Shown one piece after another: positions 8,646-17,834 of a stretch of DNA of 37,724 nucleotides. Numbering within the stretch: the stretch's first letter is position 1; the number at the start of each line of letters is the position of its first letter. The position numbers and the translations under genes were made by a program. This DNA is from Candidatus Limnocylindrus sp. (GTDB lineage Bacteria; Chloroflexota; Limnocylindria; Limnocylindrales; Limnocylindraceae). The DNA is taken from NCBI GenBank assembly GCA_044341795.1, contig JBIIRA010000001.1:1-37724 (forward strand), given 5' to 3'. A model generated the notes under the pieces. It saw only the letters and a program-made list of their open reading frames with translations. It did not search any database and was not told the origin of the DNA.

Positions 8646-9927
8646 TCGCACCGTTGCGGTGATCCTTGCCGGCGGCGAGGGGAACCGGCTGGGCGTGCTC
8701 TCGGGGGTTCGCGCAAAGCCCGCCGTACCATTCGGCGGCAAGTATCGAATCATCGACTTCACCCTTTCAAACTGTGTGAATAGCGGCATTGATGACGTAC
8801 TGGTGCTCACGCAGTACAACCCTCGCTCACTCACTGACCACATCGGCCGAGGGCGGGCGTGGGATCTTGATCGCACCATCGGTGGCGTGCGACTCCTGCA
8901 GCCGCAGGTCGGCCGCGGCAACACGGCGAGCTGGTACAGCGGCACGGCGGACGCGGTGCTGCAGAACCTTCGTGAAGTAGTGGCGAGCGGCGCGGAGACG
9001 GTGCTCGTACTTGCCGGCGACCACATCTACAAGATGGATTACGAGCGCCTCCTTACTGCCCACCAACGCAGTGGTGCCGACGTGACCGTCTCAGTACGCG
9101 AGGTGAGCCTCGATGACGCGCGCCGTATGGGGGTCGTTGATACAGACGAGCGGAGTCGCATCACAGGGTTCCAAGAGAAGCCGAAGCGGCCGACTAGTCG
9201 CCTCGCCAGCATGGGGATTTACGCCTTCACCGCCGATGCCTTGGCCGCCTGGCTCGATGAGGCACGCCCCGACTTTGGGGCCTACGTGCTCCCCGCCATG
9301 GTCGCTGGTGGGGCAAAGGTGATGGCCCACCGCTTCCGCGGCTACTGGCAAGACGTGGGGACCCTCCCCGCATACTTCGACGCAAACATGGCGCTCCTTG
9401 AGGCGAAGCCCGAGCTCGACCTCTATGAGCGCGATTGGCTGATCCTCACCCGTTCCGAGGAGCGGGCCCCCGCACGAATCAGCGTCGACGCCCGCGTCGA
9501 GCAGTCGATGATCTCGCACGGCTGTGTGATTGAGGGGATCGTGGAGCGCAGCGTTCTTTCGCCTGGCGTGCATGTTGGCCGCGGTGCGGTCGTGCGCGAC
9601 AGCATCGTGATGTTCGACGCGGTGATTGGGCCTGGCGCCGTGATTGATCACGCGATTATCGACAAAGAGGTGCGCATTGGGCGAGATGCGCAGGTCGGCA
9701 TCGGCGAGTTGCCAGGGGCGCCGAATCGCGCGAACCCCGAGATGCTTGCGACAGGCCTCGTTGTTATTGGCAAACAGGCTGAGGTGCCTAGCGGTGCATC
9801 GGTTGGCCGCAACGTGCTGGTGGATGCTGAGGCGAGCCTGGGCGATTGGTCCGAGAGCGGCACAGTGAAAGCCGGTGCAACGATTAAGGCTGGTCGCACC
9901 TGGAATCAGCGCCGCACGGCGCGATAA
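8635..9927 (+). CDS. glgC: Glucose-1-phosphate adenylyltransferase
   Basis: The motifs '[46 protein letters not shown]' and the C-terminal left-handed beta-helix repeats are diagnostic. The start is ambiguous. GGAGGA (8622-8627) sits 7 nt before an in-frame CTG at 8635. The next canonical start is GTG at 8659, and the track start, TTG at 8524, overlaps the M23 gene by 122 nt. Confidence 0.85.
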   Translation: MRTDRTVAVILAGGEGNRLGVLSGVRAKPAVPFGGKYRIIDFTLSNCVNSGIDDVLVLTQYNPRSLTDHIGRGRAWDLDRTIGGVRLLQPQVGRGNTASWYSGTADAVLQNLREVVASGAETVLVLAGDHIYKMDYERLLTAHQRSGADVTVSVREVSLDDARRMGVVDTDERSRITGFQEKPKRPTSRLASMGIYAFTADALAAWLDEARPDFGAYVLPAMVAGGAKVMAHRFRGYWQDVGTLPAYFDANMALLEAKPELDLYERDWLILTRSEERAPARISVDARVEQSMISHGCVIEGIVERSVLSPGVHVGRGAVVRDSIVMFDAVIGPGAVIDHAIIDKEVRIGRDAQVGIGELPGAPNRANPEMLATGLVVIGKQAEVPSGASVGRNVLVDAEASLGDWSESGTVKAGATIKAGRTWNQRRTAR

Positions 9928-9931
9928 CCAC

Positions 9932-10441
9932 GTGACACTCCTGAAGGTCGCAGCAATCCCAGCGCTGCTTGAACGGTTCGGTGTTGCGGTTCCTGAGCCG
10001 CACCGACGTGACGACGCAACGGTGTGGGACCTTGAACTTGATGGAGAGCGTCGCCGTGCCTTGCGCCTCTCCCTGATTCACGATGCACGCCCGGGTGGCG
10101 TCATTGTGGTGTGGGCGCACCTGGCGCCGCCACTCGGTGACGGACTGCGCAAGGCATATCGCCGCCTCTTGGAGTGGAACGATAAGTATCTCTTTGCAAA
10201 ATTTGGCATTGCTGAAGATGGCCGACCGGTGCTGAGCATTGAGTTACGCGCTGAGCAGGCAACCGAGAGCGATGTGGTGGAGGCGCTCGCCCGCACAGTT
10301 CTGATCGCCGACCGCCTCCTCGATGAGACCGCCGCGTGGATCTGGATCGGTGGTCGGATCCCAGCCGACGATGGTTCTCCGCGGCGGAACCAGCCCCTCC
10401 TGCGCGCCATCCCCGATCTCGCCGAACGCCTGGAGGGGTAG
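9932..10441 (+). CDS. YbjN-like (type III secretion chaperone-like fold) domain protein, function unknown
   Basis: The protein is ~169 aa from the GTG at 9932, just after the glgC stop. The family call is a weak recognition from overall pattern only ('...LLEWNDKYLFAKFGIAEDGRPVLSIEL...'). Confidence 0.45.
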   Translation: MTLLKVAAIPALLERFGVAVPEPHRRDDATVWDLELDGERRRALRLSLIHDARPGGVIVVWAHLAPPLGDGLRKAYRRLLEWNDKYLFAKFGIAEDGRPVLSIELRAEQATESDVVEALARTVLIADRLLDETAAWIWIGGRIPADDGSPRRNQPLLRAIPDLAERLEG

Positions 10442-10476
10442 CCTCCAACCGCTCGCCGCAGGGCTATGCTTTGCCT

Positions 10477-11547
10477 ATGGCTGAACTTGATCGCCCCACG
10501 CGACCCGTCCCGCGGCCGCTCCCTGCGCTCCTGACTGGCGAGAACGCCGATGTCTACTTCCTGCGCACCGAACGCGTGCTGGCTAGTGATGGGCGTAATC
10601 CTGTCGTCACGATGGAGGTCTTCTGTCGCCGTGCCGGCGCGACCCTCTGCGGCATCGATGAGGCGAAGGGGCTCCTCTCCCTGGCGCTCGAAGCTGATGC
10701 CGCCGCTGGCAACGCAACGGTCTGGGCGCTGAAGGATGGCGATCTGATCGAAGCCAAAGAGGTCGTCTTGCGCATTCGCGCGCCATACCAATCGATCGCC
10801 CGCTTTGAGACCGCTTACCTAGGGATGTTGGCGCACGGAACCGGATGGGCCACCGCAGCAAGCGCCATCGTCGACGCAGCTGCACCAACGCCGGTCATCG
10901 CGTTTGGTGCGCGCCACGTGCATCCAAACATTGCCGATCGTCTCGACTACGCCGCGATCATCGGAGGTGCAACGAGTGCCTCCACAACGGCTGGGAGTTC
11001 GCGCGCCGGGCGGGTGCCTGTGGGCACCATGCCACACGCCCTCGTGCTGATCTACGGCGACACCATTGAAGCGGCACTCGCCTTCGATCGCAACATTGAG
11101 CCTGAGGTCCCACGCATTGTGCTTGTCGACACTTTCCGCGATGAGTCCGAGGAGTCGGCGCGCGTTGCTGCCGCACTCGGGGGCAAACTTGGTGGGGTGC
11201 GGCTCGATCGCGCGAGTGAACTTGGCGGTGTGACCCCTGCTCTCGTCGCAGAGGTGCGCACTGCCCTCGACGCCGCTGGCGCAACGTCGGCGCAGATCGT
11301 CATCTCGGGCGGTCTCTCGCTGGAGCGTATCGCCGAGTTCAAGGCGGCAGGGTCGCCCGTGGACACCTACGCCGTCGGAAGTGCGATCTCGGGCGTCCGG
11401 CCGATCGACTTCACCGCGGACATTCACGAGATCGATGGGCAGCCGATTGGGAAGCGCGGGCGACCGTCGGGCACCACGGCATCACCGCGGCTCCGCGAGG
11501 TGGATCTGGCCGCCTGGCGCGCCGCCCTCACCCCAGCAACGCGCTAG
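10477..11547 (+). CDS. Type II phosphoribosyltransferase, nicotinate PRTase-like
   Basis: The protein is 356 aa from the ATG at 10477 ('MAELDRP'). It contains 'FETAYLGML', 'GTMPHALVLIYGD' and 'VLVDTFRDE', and the C-terminal TIM-barrel part is 'GVRLD...ISGGLS'. This pattern resembles archaeal-type NaPRTase. The family call is made from memory. Confidence 0.6.
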   Translation: MAELDRPTRPVPRPLPALLTGENADVYFLRTERVLASDGRNPVVTMEVFCRRAGATLCGIDEAKGLLSLALEADAAAGNATVWALKDGDLIEAKEVVLRIRAPYQSIARFETAYLGMLAHGTGWATAASAIVDAAAPTPVIAFGARHVHPNIADRLDYAAIIGGATSASTTAGSSRAGRVPVGTMPHALVLIYGDTIEAALAFDRNIEPEVPRIVLVDTFRDESEESARVAAALGGKLGGVRLDRASELGGVTPALVAEVRTALDAAGATSAQIVISGGLSLERIAEFKAAGSPVDTYAVGSAISGVRPIDFTADIHEIDGQPIGKRGRPSGTTASPRLREVDLAAWRAALTPATR

Positions 11548-11556
11548 GATCTGGCG

Positions 11557-14184
11557 ATGAGCCTGACCATAGAGACCCCAGGAGCTGAGGCCCGAGACGT
11601 TCTGACGCAGGTCGAGGCTGCCGCACGCGCGGCCGCCGTCTCCGATGTGCGCTACGCGCTCCGACTCGACCTTGCCACGAACGCGGCAACCTTCCGTGGC
11701 CAGATCGTTACCCGCTTCACTCTTGCCGCCGGGCACACTGGCTCGGTCTTCCTCTGCTTCCGCGGACGCACCATCCACAGCCTCACGCTCAATGGCGTGG
11801 TCGTTGATTCACCCGACTGGAACGGGTATCGCCTCACCTTGCCAGCCGCCCGGCTGAAGGCGGGCGCTGAGAACCTCCTTGAGGTTTCGTATGAGAACGC
11901 CTACGACACCGGTGGCGATGGTGTCTTCCGCTTTATTGACCCCGAAGATCAGGCCGAATACATCTACACGAACTTTGAGCCGTACGAGGCGCACCGCATG
12001 GCGCCGCTTTTCGATCAACCCGACATCAAGGCGAAGCTCTCGTTGACCGTCGCCGCGCCTACTGCGTGGCGCGTCTTCGGCAATGGTGCCGAGACATCGG
12101 CGAGCCCAGAGGGACATAGCGGCACGTTGCATACGTTCGCGGAGACTCCGCCACTTGCGAGCTATCTCTTTAGTTTCGCCGCGGGGCCATTCGTTGGAAA
12201 ACGCTTTGAGGTAGCCGTTCCGGGTCGCGCAGCCCCGGTGCAGGTTGGTCTCTGGTCACGCGGTTCACTGGAGAAGTACCTCTCGTACGATCTCTTCCAA
12301 AAGATGACGAGCCAAGCCTTTACCTACTTCGGTGACCTCTTCGGCCGCGAATACCCGTTTGAGAAACTCGACCACGTCTACTGCCCCGAGTTCAACGTTG
12401 GTGCAATGGAGAACGTGGGACTGATCAGCTACACCGAGCGCTACATCTTCCTCAGCACGCCAACCCCAAGCGATCTGACCGATCTCGCCGAGGTGGTCTT
12501 CCACGAGATCGCCCACATGTGGTTCGGCAACCTGGTCACGATGCGCTGGTGGGACGACCTCTGGCTCAACGAATCCTTCGCCACGTATGCGGCCGCCCTC
12601 TGTCTGACCGAAGGGTCGGAGCACACCACCGCCTGGCAGGAGTTCAACGTGCAGCTCAAGCGCTGGTCGCTGGTTGAAGACGATTCACCAACGACACATC
12701 CGATCGCGGGCACCGTGGCGGACACGGACCAGACCTTCTTGAACTTTGACGGCATCACCTACGGCAAGGGGGGTGCGGTGCTGAAGCAGCTCGGCGCGCG
12801 GCTCGGACGCGCCGGATTCTCTGCAGGCCTTCGCCTCCACTTCCAGCGTCATGCGTTTGGCAACGCCACCCTCGCTGAGTTCCTTGCCTCGCTCGAAGAG
12901 GGGAGCGGCGTCTCACTCGCCGACTGGTCAGCACAGTGGTTGCGCACCAGTGGGCCAAACAGACTCGGTGCGCTTATCACCCCAAGCGCCAACGGCACTA
13001 TTGGGAACTTGACCGTTACCCAAGAGGTGGTCTCAGGCGATAACGTGCTGCGCGAGCACCTGCTGCGTGTTGCACTCCTCTATCCAGGCGATGGGCAGAT
13101 GGTCACCATTGAGCCGCACGAAGCCCTGGTGACGGGGGCGCGCACCGATGTGCCGAGCGCCGCAGGGCGGCCACTCCCACTGGCGGTGATCCCAAACCAC
13201 GATGACCTCGCGGTTGGCAAGCTTGGCCTCGACGAGGCAACACTGCGCTTCGTCGAAACGCGGATGGAGGCCATCCCCGACGGGCTCCTGCGACAACTCA
13301 CTTGGATGGCGATCTACGAGCTCGTGCGCGATGGTCGCTACCCAGCGGCACGCTACGCGCAGCTGCTCATTGATCGGTTGCCACACGAAGTCGACTCCTC
13401 GATTGTGCAGGGCGTCGTCGAGTCAACGATGAGCGGCCTCCTCCTTCGCTACCTCCCTGATGGTGAGCGCGAGCGCTGGGGGAGCCTCATTGTCGATGCT
13501 GCACGAGCACGCCTCGCCCGCGGCGGCAGTGAGGGGATGCGCATTGTCTGGTCGCGCGTCATGGTGATGGCCTCGGTCACGCCCCGTGATGTTGAGGAGA
13601 CTTGGCAGGTGGCTGTGGGCGAGACGCCGCTCGACGGCGTTGAGATTGATCAGGATCACCGTTGGTCGCTGCTCGTACGTGCAGCCTCGTTTGGTGCACC
13701 GAACAGTGCGGAGCGACTTGCAGCAGAGGCGCAGCGCGACCCGAGCGATCGCGGCGAACGTGCACTCCTTGCCGCCGAAGTCGCAACGCCAAACGTTGCC
13801 GCGAAGCGAGCCGCATGGGCGCGCATCCTTCGTTCTGACGGGTACGGCAGCGTGCGCAAGACACTTGCCGCTGCGAGCGGGTTCGCCTGGCCATGGCAGC
13901 ACGAGCTGCTCGCCCCATATGTTGCCCAGATCCCTACGGCGCTCCTCGCCCTCGGGTCAGCGGACGCAACCTTTGCGCGCGACTTGGTCACGCGCAGCGC
14001 CTCCCTCGGACTCTGGGGATCCCCCGCATCCATGCTCACTGCGGTTGATGCACTCCTCGCCAACATCGCCGACCCGGCGCATGGCATTCCGCCTGTAGAT
14101 GCGGCACGGCTGCGACGCTTCGCCCTCTTGGAGCGCGATGGCTTGATCCGCTTCTTGCGTCAGCAGGGCATTAGCGGCAAGTGA
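11557..14184 (+). CDS. pepN: Aminopeptidase N, M1 family
   Basis: The GAMEN exopeptidase motif ('NVGAMENVG') is present. The zinc motif is 'HEIAHMWFGNLVTMRWWDDLWLNESFA' (HExxH-18-E). The protein is 875 aa. Confidence 0.9.
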   Translation: MSLTIETPGAEARDVLTQVEAAARAAAVSDVRYALRLDLATNAATFRGQIVTRFTLAAGHTGSVFLCFRGRTIHSLTLNGVVVDSPDWNGYRLTLPAARLKAGAENLLEVSYENAYDTGGDGVFRFIDPEDQAEYIYTNFEPYEAHRMAPLFDQPDIKAKLSLTVAAPTAWRVFGNGAETSASPEGHSGTLHTFAETPPLASYLFSFAAGPFVGKRFEVAVPGRAAPVQVGLWSRGSLEKYLSYDLFQKMTSQAFTYFGDLFGREYPFEKLDHVYCPEFNVGAMENVGLISYTERYIFLSTPTPSDLTDLAEVVFHEIAHMWFGNLVTMRWWDDLWLNESFATYAAALCLTEGSEHTTAWQEFNVQLKRWSLVEDDSPTTHPIAGTVADTDQTFLNFDGITYGKGGAVLKQLGARLGRAGFSAGLRLHFQRHAFGNATLAEFLASLEEGSGVSLADWSAQWLRTSGPNRLGALITPSANGTIGNLTVTQEVVSGDNVLREHLLRVALLYPGDGQMVTIEPHEALVTGARTDVPSAAGRPLPLAVIPNHDDLAVGKLGLDEATLRFVETRMEAIPDGLLRQLTWMAIYELVRDGRYPAARYAQLLIDRLPHEVDSSIVQGVVESTMSGLLLRYLPDGERERWGSLIVDAARARLARGGSEGMRIVWSRVMVMASVTPRDVEETWQVAVGETPLDGVEIDQDHRWSLLVRAASFGAPNSAERLAAEAQRDPSDRGERALLAAEVATPNVAAKRAAWARILRSDGYGSVRKTLAAASGFAWPWQHELLAPYVAQIPTALLALGSADATFARDLVTRSASLGLWGSPASMLTAVDALLANIADPAHGIPPVDAARLRRFALLERDGLIRFLRQQGISGK

Positions 14185-14858
14185 CCCCCTACCTCTCCGC
14201 CGCCACGAAGGCGGCGACGGCGCGACGCGCACTCCTCTTCCTGGCACTGCTTGGGCTCATCAGTTCAGGAACGATCATGGGCTACTTCTCTGTGCTCGAC
14301 CTCATCGCCATCAACCGCGCCACCGAGGAGGATGCAACGCGCGCATTTGGCACAGTGCGCACTGCCAACACGATCCTGCTCATCGCCATCCCAATCATCT
14401 GGCTCTTTCTGCTTCGTTGGCTGCGCGCCAGCCTACGCAATGCGCATGCGCTGGGCGCCGAGCATCCAGCGGTGGCACTGGCGGGCATCGACCGTGCGGT
14501 TGCCCTCTCGGCGCTCCCAGGGCCGCTCATCGGACAGCCCGGCCGACTCCTGGTTCGGCACATGAGAAGCCTCGCCGAGGCACATGGCGGTACTGGGGCG
14601 TCGCGGCCGAGCGCTGATAACGGTTCGGCTCGCTGGGCTGGTCGCCTCTCTCTCGTTGTTGCCCCACTCTGGATCGGCGGGCTGGTTAGCTCACATACGG
14701 ATCCCGCTGCGATGATCTGGGTGGCTGCAAGTTGGGTCACGGTGAGCGCGGTCGCCGTGCTGCTGCGCCAGGCGATCGCCAAGGTGCAGCTCAGTGAAGA
14801 GCTGCAGAGCGCACTTCTTACGGCGGAACAGCGAGCGCGCACCCGCGTGGGGCGATAA
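14181..14858 (+). CDS. Hypothetical membrane protein (DUF4328-like pattern)
   Basis: The GTG start overlaps the pepN stop (GTGA). The protein has 4-5 hydrophobic helices. 'IPIIWLFLLRWLRASLRNAHALGA' resembles the DUF4328 signature, which is a recognition from memory. Third-codon positions are GC-rich in this frame, whereas the antisense ORF is Arg/Ser/Ala-rich junk. Confidence 0.5.
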   Translation: MTPYLSAATKAATARRALLFLALLGLISSGTIMGYFSVLDLIAINRATEEDATRAFGTVRTANTILLIAIPIIWLFLLRWLRASLRNAHALGAEHPAVALAGIDRAVALSALPGPLIGQPGRLLVRHMRSLAEAHGGTGASRPSADNGSARWAGRLSLVVAPLWIGGLVSSHTDPAAMIWVAASWVTVSAVAVLLRQAIAKVQLSEELQSALLTAEQRARTRVGR

Positions 14859-14866
14859 CAACAGTC

Positions 14867-15613
14867 GTGGCCACTCGCCGACTCCTCCCCAAGAACGAAA
14901 CGATCTTCACTGGCGCGATCGTCGCTAGCGCGCTGATGCTCGCCCTACGCGGTTGGCTCCTCTTTCGCAGTGGCGACAACATCCTGGCGTACGCCGCTGA
15001 CCCAGGTGCGGCGGCAGCAGGCATCCTCGGGGAGCAGCTCGCCCTTGCCGTACTCCGATTGATTGCGGTCGTTCTTGACGTCGCCGCCGGCCTCGCCATC
15101 GTTGGCTGGATAGCGCGCCTACAGCATGAGGAGATCATCTCGGCGGGGGAACGGAGGGTCGCGCTCCTTGTCGGCGCCCTCCCGTGGACCCCACTCCTTC
15201 TAGCCCAATCCATTGCGACACCACCGGTGGCAATCTTGGTATTCGCTGGACATGCCGTGTGGGTCGGACTCGCCGCGGTCATCCTGATGCGTGTGCGCAC
15301 CGCGGGGCTCGTGACCACGGGCGCCTTCGCGCGGGGCGGTGCGGCCGCGACCGCGCTCCTGCTGGCGTGGCTCATCGGTGGCGCTGCAGCGCCGTGGGTC
15401 TATGCGCAACCAGCACTTGGAATTTCTGAAGCCCTCTCTGGCTCCGTGCAGTCGCAGATCCTCGAAGTTGTTCGGGAACAACGTGTGCGCGGCGTCGTCA
15501 TGATCCTGGGGGGCGTGTTGACCATGATCGCTGTACTCCCGCTCATGGGGGCTGTGCGAAGCGGAACGGCAGCCCTCAACGAGCGCCTGCTAAAACTCCG
15601 CGAGGAGAGTTAG
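14867..15613 (+). CDS. Hypothetical polytopic membrane protein
   Basis: The protein is 248 aa with a GTG start 8 nt after the previous stop. It has about six hydrophobic helices. I recognise no family. Confidence 0.5.
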   Translation: MATRRLLPKNETIFTGAIVASALMLALRGWLLFRSGDNILAYAADPGAAAAGILGEQLALAVLRLIAVVLDVAAGLAIVGWIARLQHEEIISAGERRVALLVGALPWTPLLLAQSIATPPVAILVFAGHAVWVGLAAVILMRVRTAGLVTTGAFARGGAAATALLLAWLIGGAAAPWVYAQPALGISEALSGSVQSQILEVVREQRVRGVVMILGGVLTMIAVLPLMGAVRSGTAALNERLLKLREES

Positions 15614-17058
15614 CGGGTTAGTTCGGCGGCTAGCTCCTCAAAGACGCCAAGGTAGTGGTCGGCGTCAGCGGGGGTCATGGCGATGGAGAGCGTCCACTCC
15701 TCATCGCGACCTGGTGTGCTGAAGATCCCACGGTTCATGTTCCAGAGCCATACGAGATCAATGAGCTCCTTCTGCTGGGCGGACTTGTACGAGTCATAGT
15801 CCACCACCTTTGACTGGGCGAAGGTGATGACGCCCTTTGACTCAATCCCCACTGCATAAGCGGCGAGCTTGTAGCGGTCAATGATCCCCTGGGCGCCGTC
15901 AAGGAGCTGATCGTTGAGGCGCCCAAGATGCTTGTAGGCATCTGGCGTCATCACGCGCTCGAGATTGGCACGCGCCGCCGCCATCGCGAGCGGATTGCCG
16001 TTGAACGTGCCCACCATATACACATCACCAGAGTCCACCAGTGACCACATCTCGTCGCTGCCACCAATCGCCCCCGTCGGGATTCCGGCGCCGAGCGCCT
16101 TAGCGAGACAGACGAGGTCGGGCTTGATGCCGAAGAGTTCCGTTGCGCCACCGGCAGCAACGTTGAGACCGGTCTTCACCTCATCAACGATCCAGACAAC
16201 GCCAAACTTCTTGGTGATGCGTCGTACATCTTCGAGATAGCCAGGCTCTGGCAAGATCACGCCGCAGTTCATCATTGCGGCCTCCATGATCAAGCAGGCG
16301 GGGAGACGCCCTTCGCTCTGCAGTGCGGTGAGACGTCGCTCCAGAACACCCGCATCATTGAAGGGAACAGCGGTGGTCATCTGCGTAACGGCGTCGGGGA
16401 TCCCCTTGCCGTAGGCGATCGATGGGTAGTTCTCACGATCCTTACCGTCATAGACCGAGAGGCCGATGTCGACCATCACATAGTCGTGATGGCCGTGATA
16501 GCTGCCGAAGATCTTCATCACACCGTCACGTTGGGTGACAGCACGGGCGAGTCGAATGGCATCCATCGTTGCCTCAGAGCCAGAGTTGACGAAGCGCCAG
16601 CGGGGGAGGCCCCAGCGCGCCGCAAGGAGCTCTGAGACGATGTAAGTGTCTTCGGTCGGCGCGGCGAAGTGTGAGCCGAGTCGAATGCGTCGTTCGACGG
16701 CTTCGGTGATGATCGGATGCGCATGACCCTGCACCATGCTGCCAATGCCATTGTGCACATCGAGGTACTGGTGACCGTCAACATCCCAGACGTACTGCCC
16801 CTGGCCGCGGTCGAGATAGATCGGCCATGGCGCGCGCTTCTGGTAGCTCGACGAGACGCCGCCAACGAGAGAGCGCTTGGCGCGTTCGTAGGCGGCCGCT
16901 GAGCCCTGGGTGCGCGCGTCGAGGCGCTCCGATTCGCGCGCGGTCAGCTCGCGAATTCGGGCAGGGTCAATCTGAGCGGTGGGTCCGACAGGGGGCTCCG
17001 CGCGATGGGGAGCCGGCTTCGTGGTCGGTGCGAGGTGCCGGAGTGGTTCGATCGCCAT
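15610..17058 (-). CDS. Class-III (omega) PLP-dependent aminotransferase / GSA-aminomutase-like
   Basis: 'VNSGSEATMDAIRLAR' and 'WIVDEVKTGLNVAAGGATELFGIKPDLVCLAKALGAGIPTGAIGG' contain the PLP-lysine in the DEVKTG context. A GAAGGA Shine-Dalgarno sequence lies upstream of the ATG at 17058. Confidence 0.85.
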   Translation of the reverse strand: MAIEPLRHLAPTTKPAPHRAEPPVGPTAQIDPARIRELTARESERLDARTQGSAAAYERAKRSLVGGVSSSYQKRAPWPIYLDRGQGQYVWDVDGHQYLDVHNGIGSMVQGHAHPIITEAVERRIRLGSHFAAPTEDTYIVSELLAARWGLPRWRFVNSGSEATMDAIRLARAVTQRDGVMKIFGSYHGHHDYVMVDIGLSVYDGKDRENYPSIAYGKGIPDAVTQMTTAVPFNDAGVLERRLTALQSEGRLPACLIMEAAMMNCGVILPEPGYLEDVRRITKKFGVVWIVDEVKTGLNVAAGGATELFGIKPDLVCLAKALGAGIPTGAIGGSDEMWSLVDSGDVYMVGTFNGNPLAMAAARANLERVMTPDAYKHLGRLNDQLLDGAQGIIDRYKLAAYAVGIESKGVITFAQSKVVDYDSYKSAQQKELIDLVWLWNMNRGIFSTPGRDEEWTLSIAMTPADADHYLGVFEELAAELTR

Positions 17059-17184
17059 CTCAATACATCCTTCTCTGCGGATTCCGCAGTGCGGACCGCT
17101 GTGGGTACGATTCTAGCACCGTAGGGGGGGTAGGGGTACGGATATCGCAGCCCACGAGGGACTTACGCACGAATCGTGCGGGGG

Positions 17185-17820
17185 TTAGCGGGTGGCCAGA
17201 CGCTCCGCTGCGCCGATGGCGACCAGGCTCTTGGCATCGACGATCGCCCCGCGGCGGACCGCCTCAGCCGCCTCGGCAATGGTTAGTCGAACCGCCTCGA
17301 TCGCCTCATCCTCGTCGGGGGTGCGGGCGCCAGGACCTGCCGCCGAGAGTCCCAGGGCGAGGTAGAGCTCCATGCGCTCGCTCGTGAACCCCGGGGCGGT
17401 GAAGAAACTCCGAAGGTGCCGCCAGGTCGTTGCGCGGAGCCCCGTCTCCTCTTCGAGCTCGCGTTCGGCGGCGAGCTGTGGCTCCTCGGTGACGCCGTCA
17501 TGCAGGTCAAGCGTGCCAGCTGGCACCTCAAGGAGCAGCTGCCCGACTGGGGCGCGGAACTGGCGCACAAAGAGCATCTCGCTTGCCGGCGTCACCTCAG
17601 CGTCACTCGGAGCATCAATGGCGAGGATCGCCACGGCACCCGGGTGGCCAACGATGTAGCGCACGTGCTGATCACCGGTGGTGCGCTGCACCGTCGTTCG
17701 GCGCCACTCCATGTACGCCGCCTGCACCACCAGGTCCGAAGCGACGACAACCTCGTTGAGGTCGCCCGGCTCTAGTAGCGCTGTAAGGCGCGCACCAAGA
17801 GCATCATCACCAAATCGCAT
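17185..17820 (-). CDS. Nudix hydrolase (ADP-ribose pyrophosphatase-like)
   Basis: The Nudix box is 'GTLDLHDGVTEEPQLAAERELEEETGL' (Gx5Ex7REUxEExGU). Confidence 0.85.
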   Translation of the reverse strand: MRFGDDALGARLTALLEPGDLNEVVVASDLVVQAAYMEWRRTTVQRTTGDQHVRYIVGHPGAVAILAIDAPSDAEVTPASEMLFVRQFRAPVGQLLLEVPAGTLDLHDGVTEEPQLAAERELEEETGLRATTWRHLRSFFTAPGFTSERMELYLALGLSAAGPGARTPDEDEAIEAVRLTIAEAAEAVRRGAIVDAKSLVAIGAAERLATR

Positions 17821-17834
17821 GCGGCCCCGCCGAT

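Noticed and set aside
10078-10791. 237-aa minus-strand ORF across the YbjN-like/PRTase junction
   Set aside because: It straddles two plus-strand genes and their intergenic spacer. The translation is Arg-rich junk with no start-site support.
14282-15375. Minus-strand ORFs 14282-14842 and 14818-15375
   Set aside because: They are antisense to the two membrane-protein genes. The plus-frame products have coherent TM helices and GC-rich third codon positions, whereas the minus-frame products are Ser/Arg/Ala-rich.
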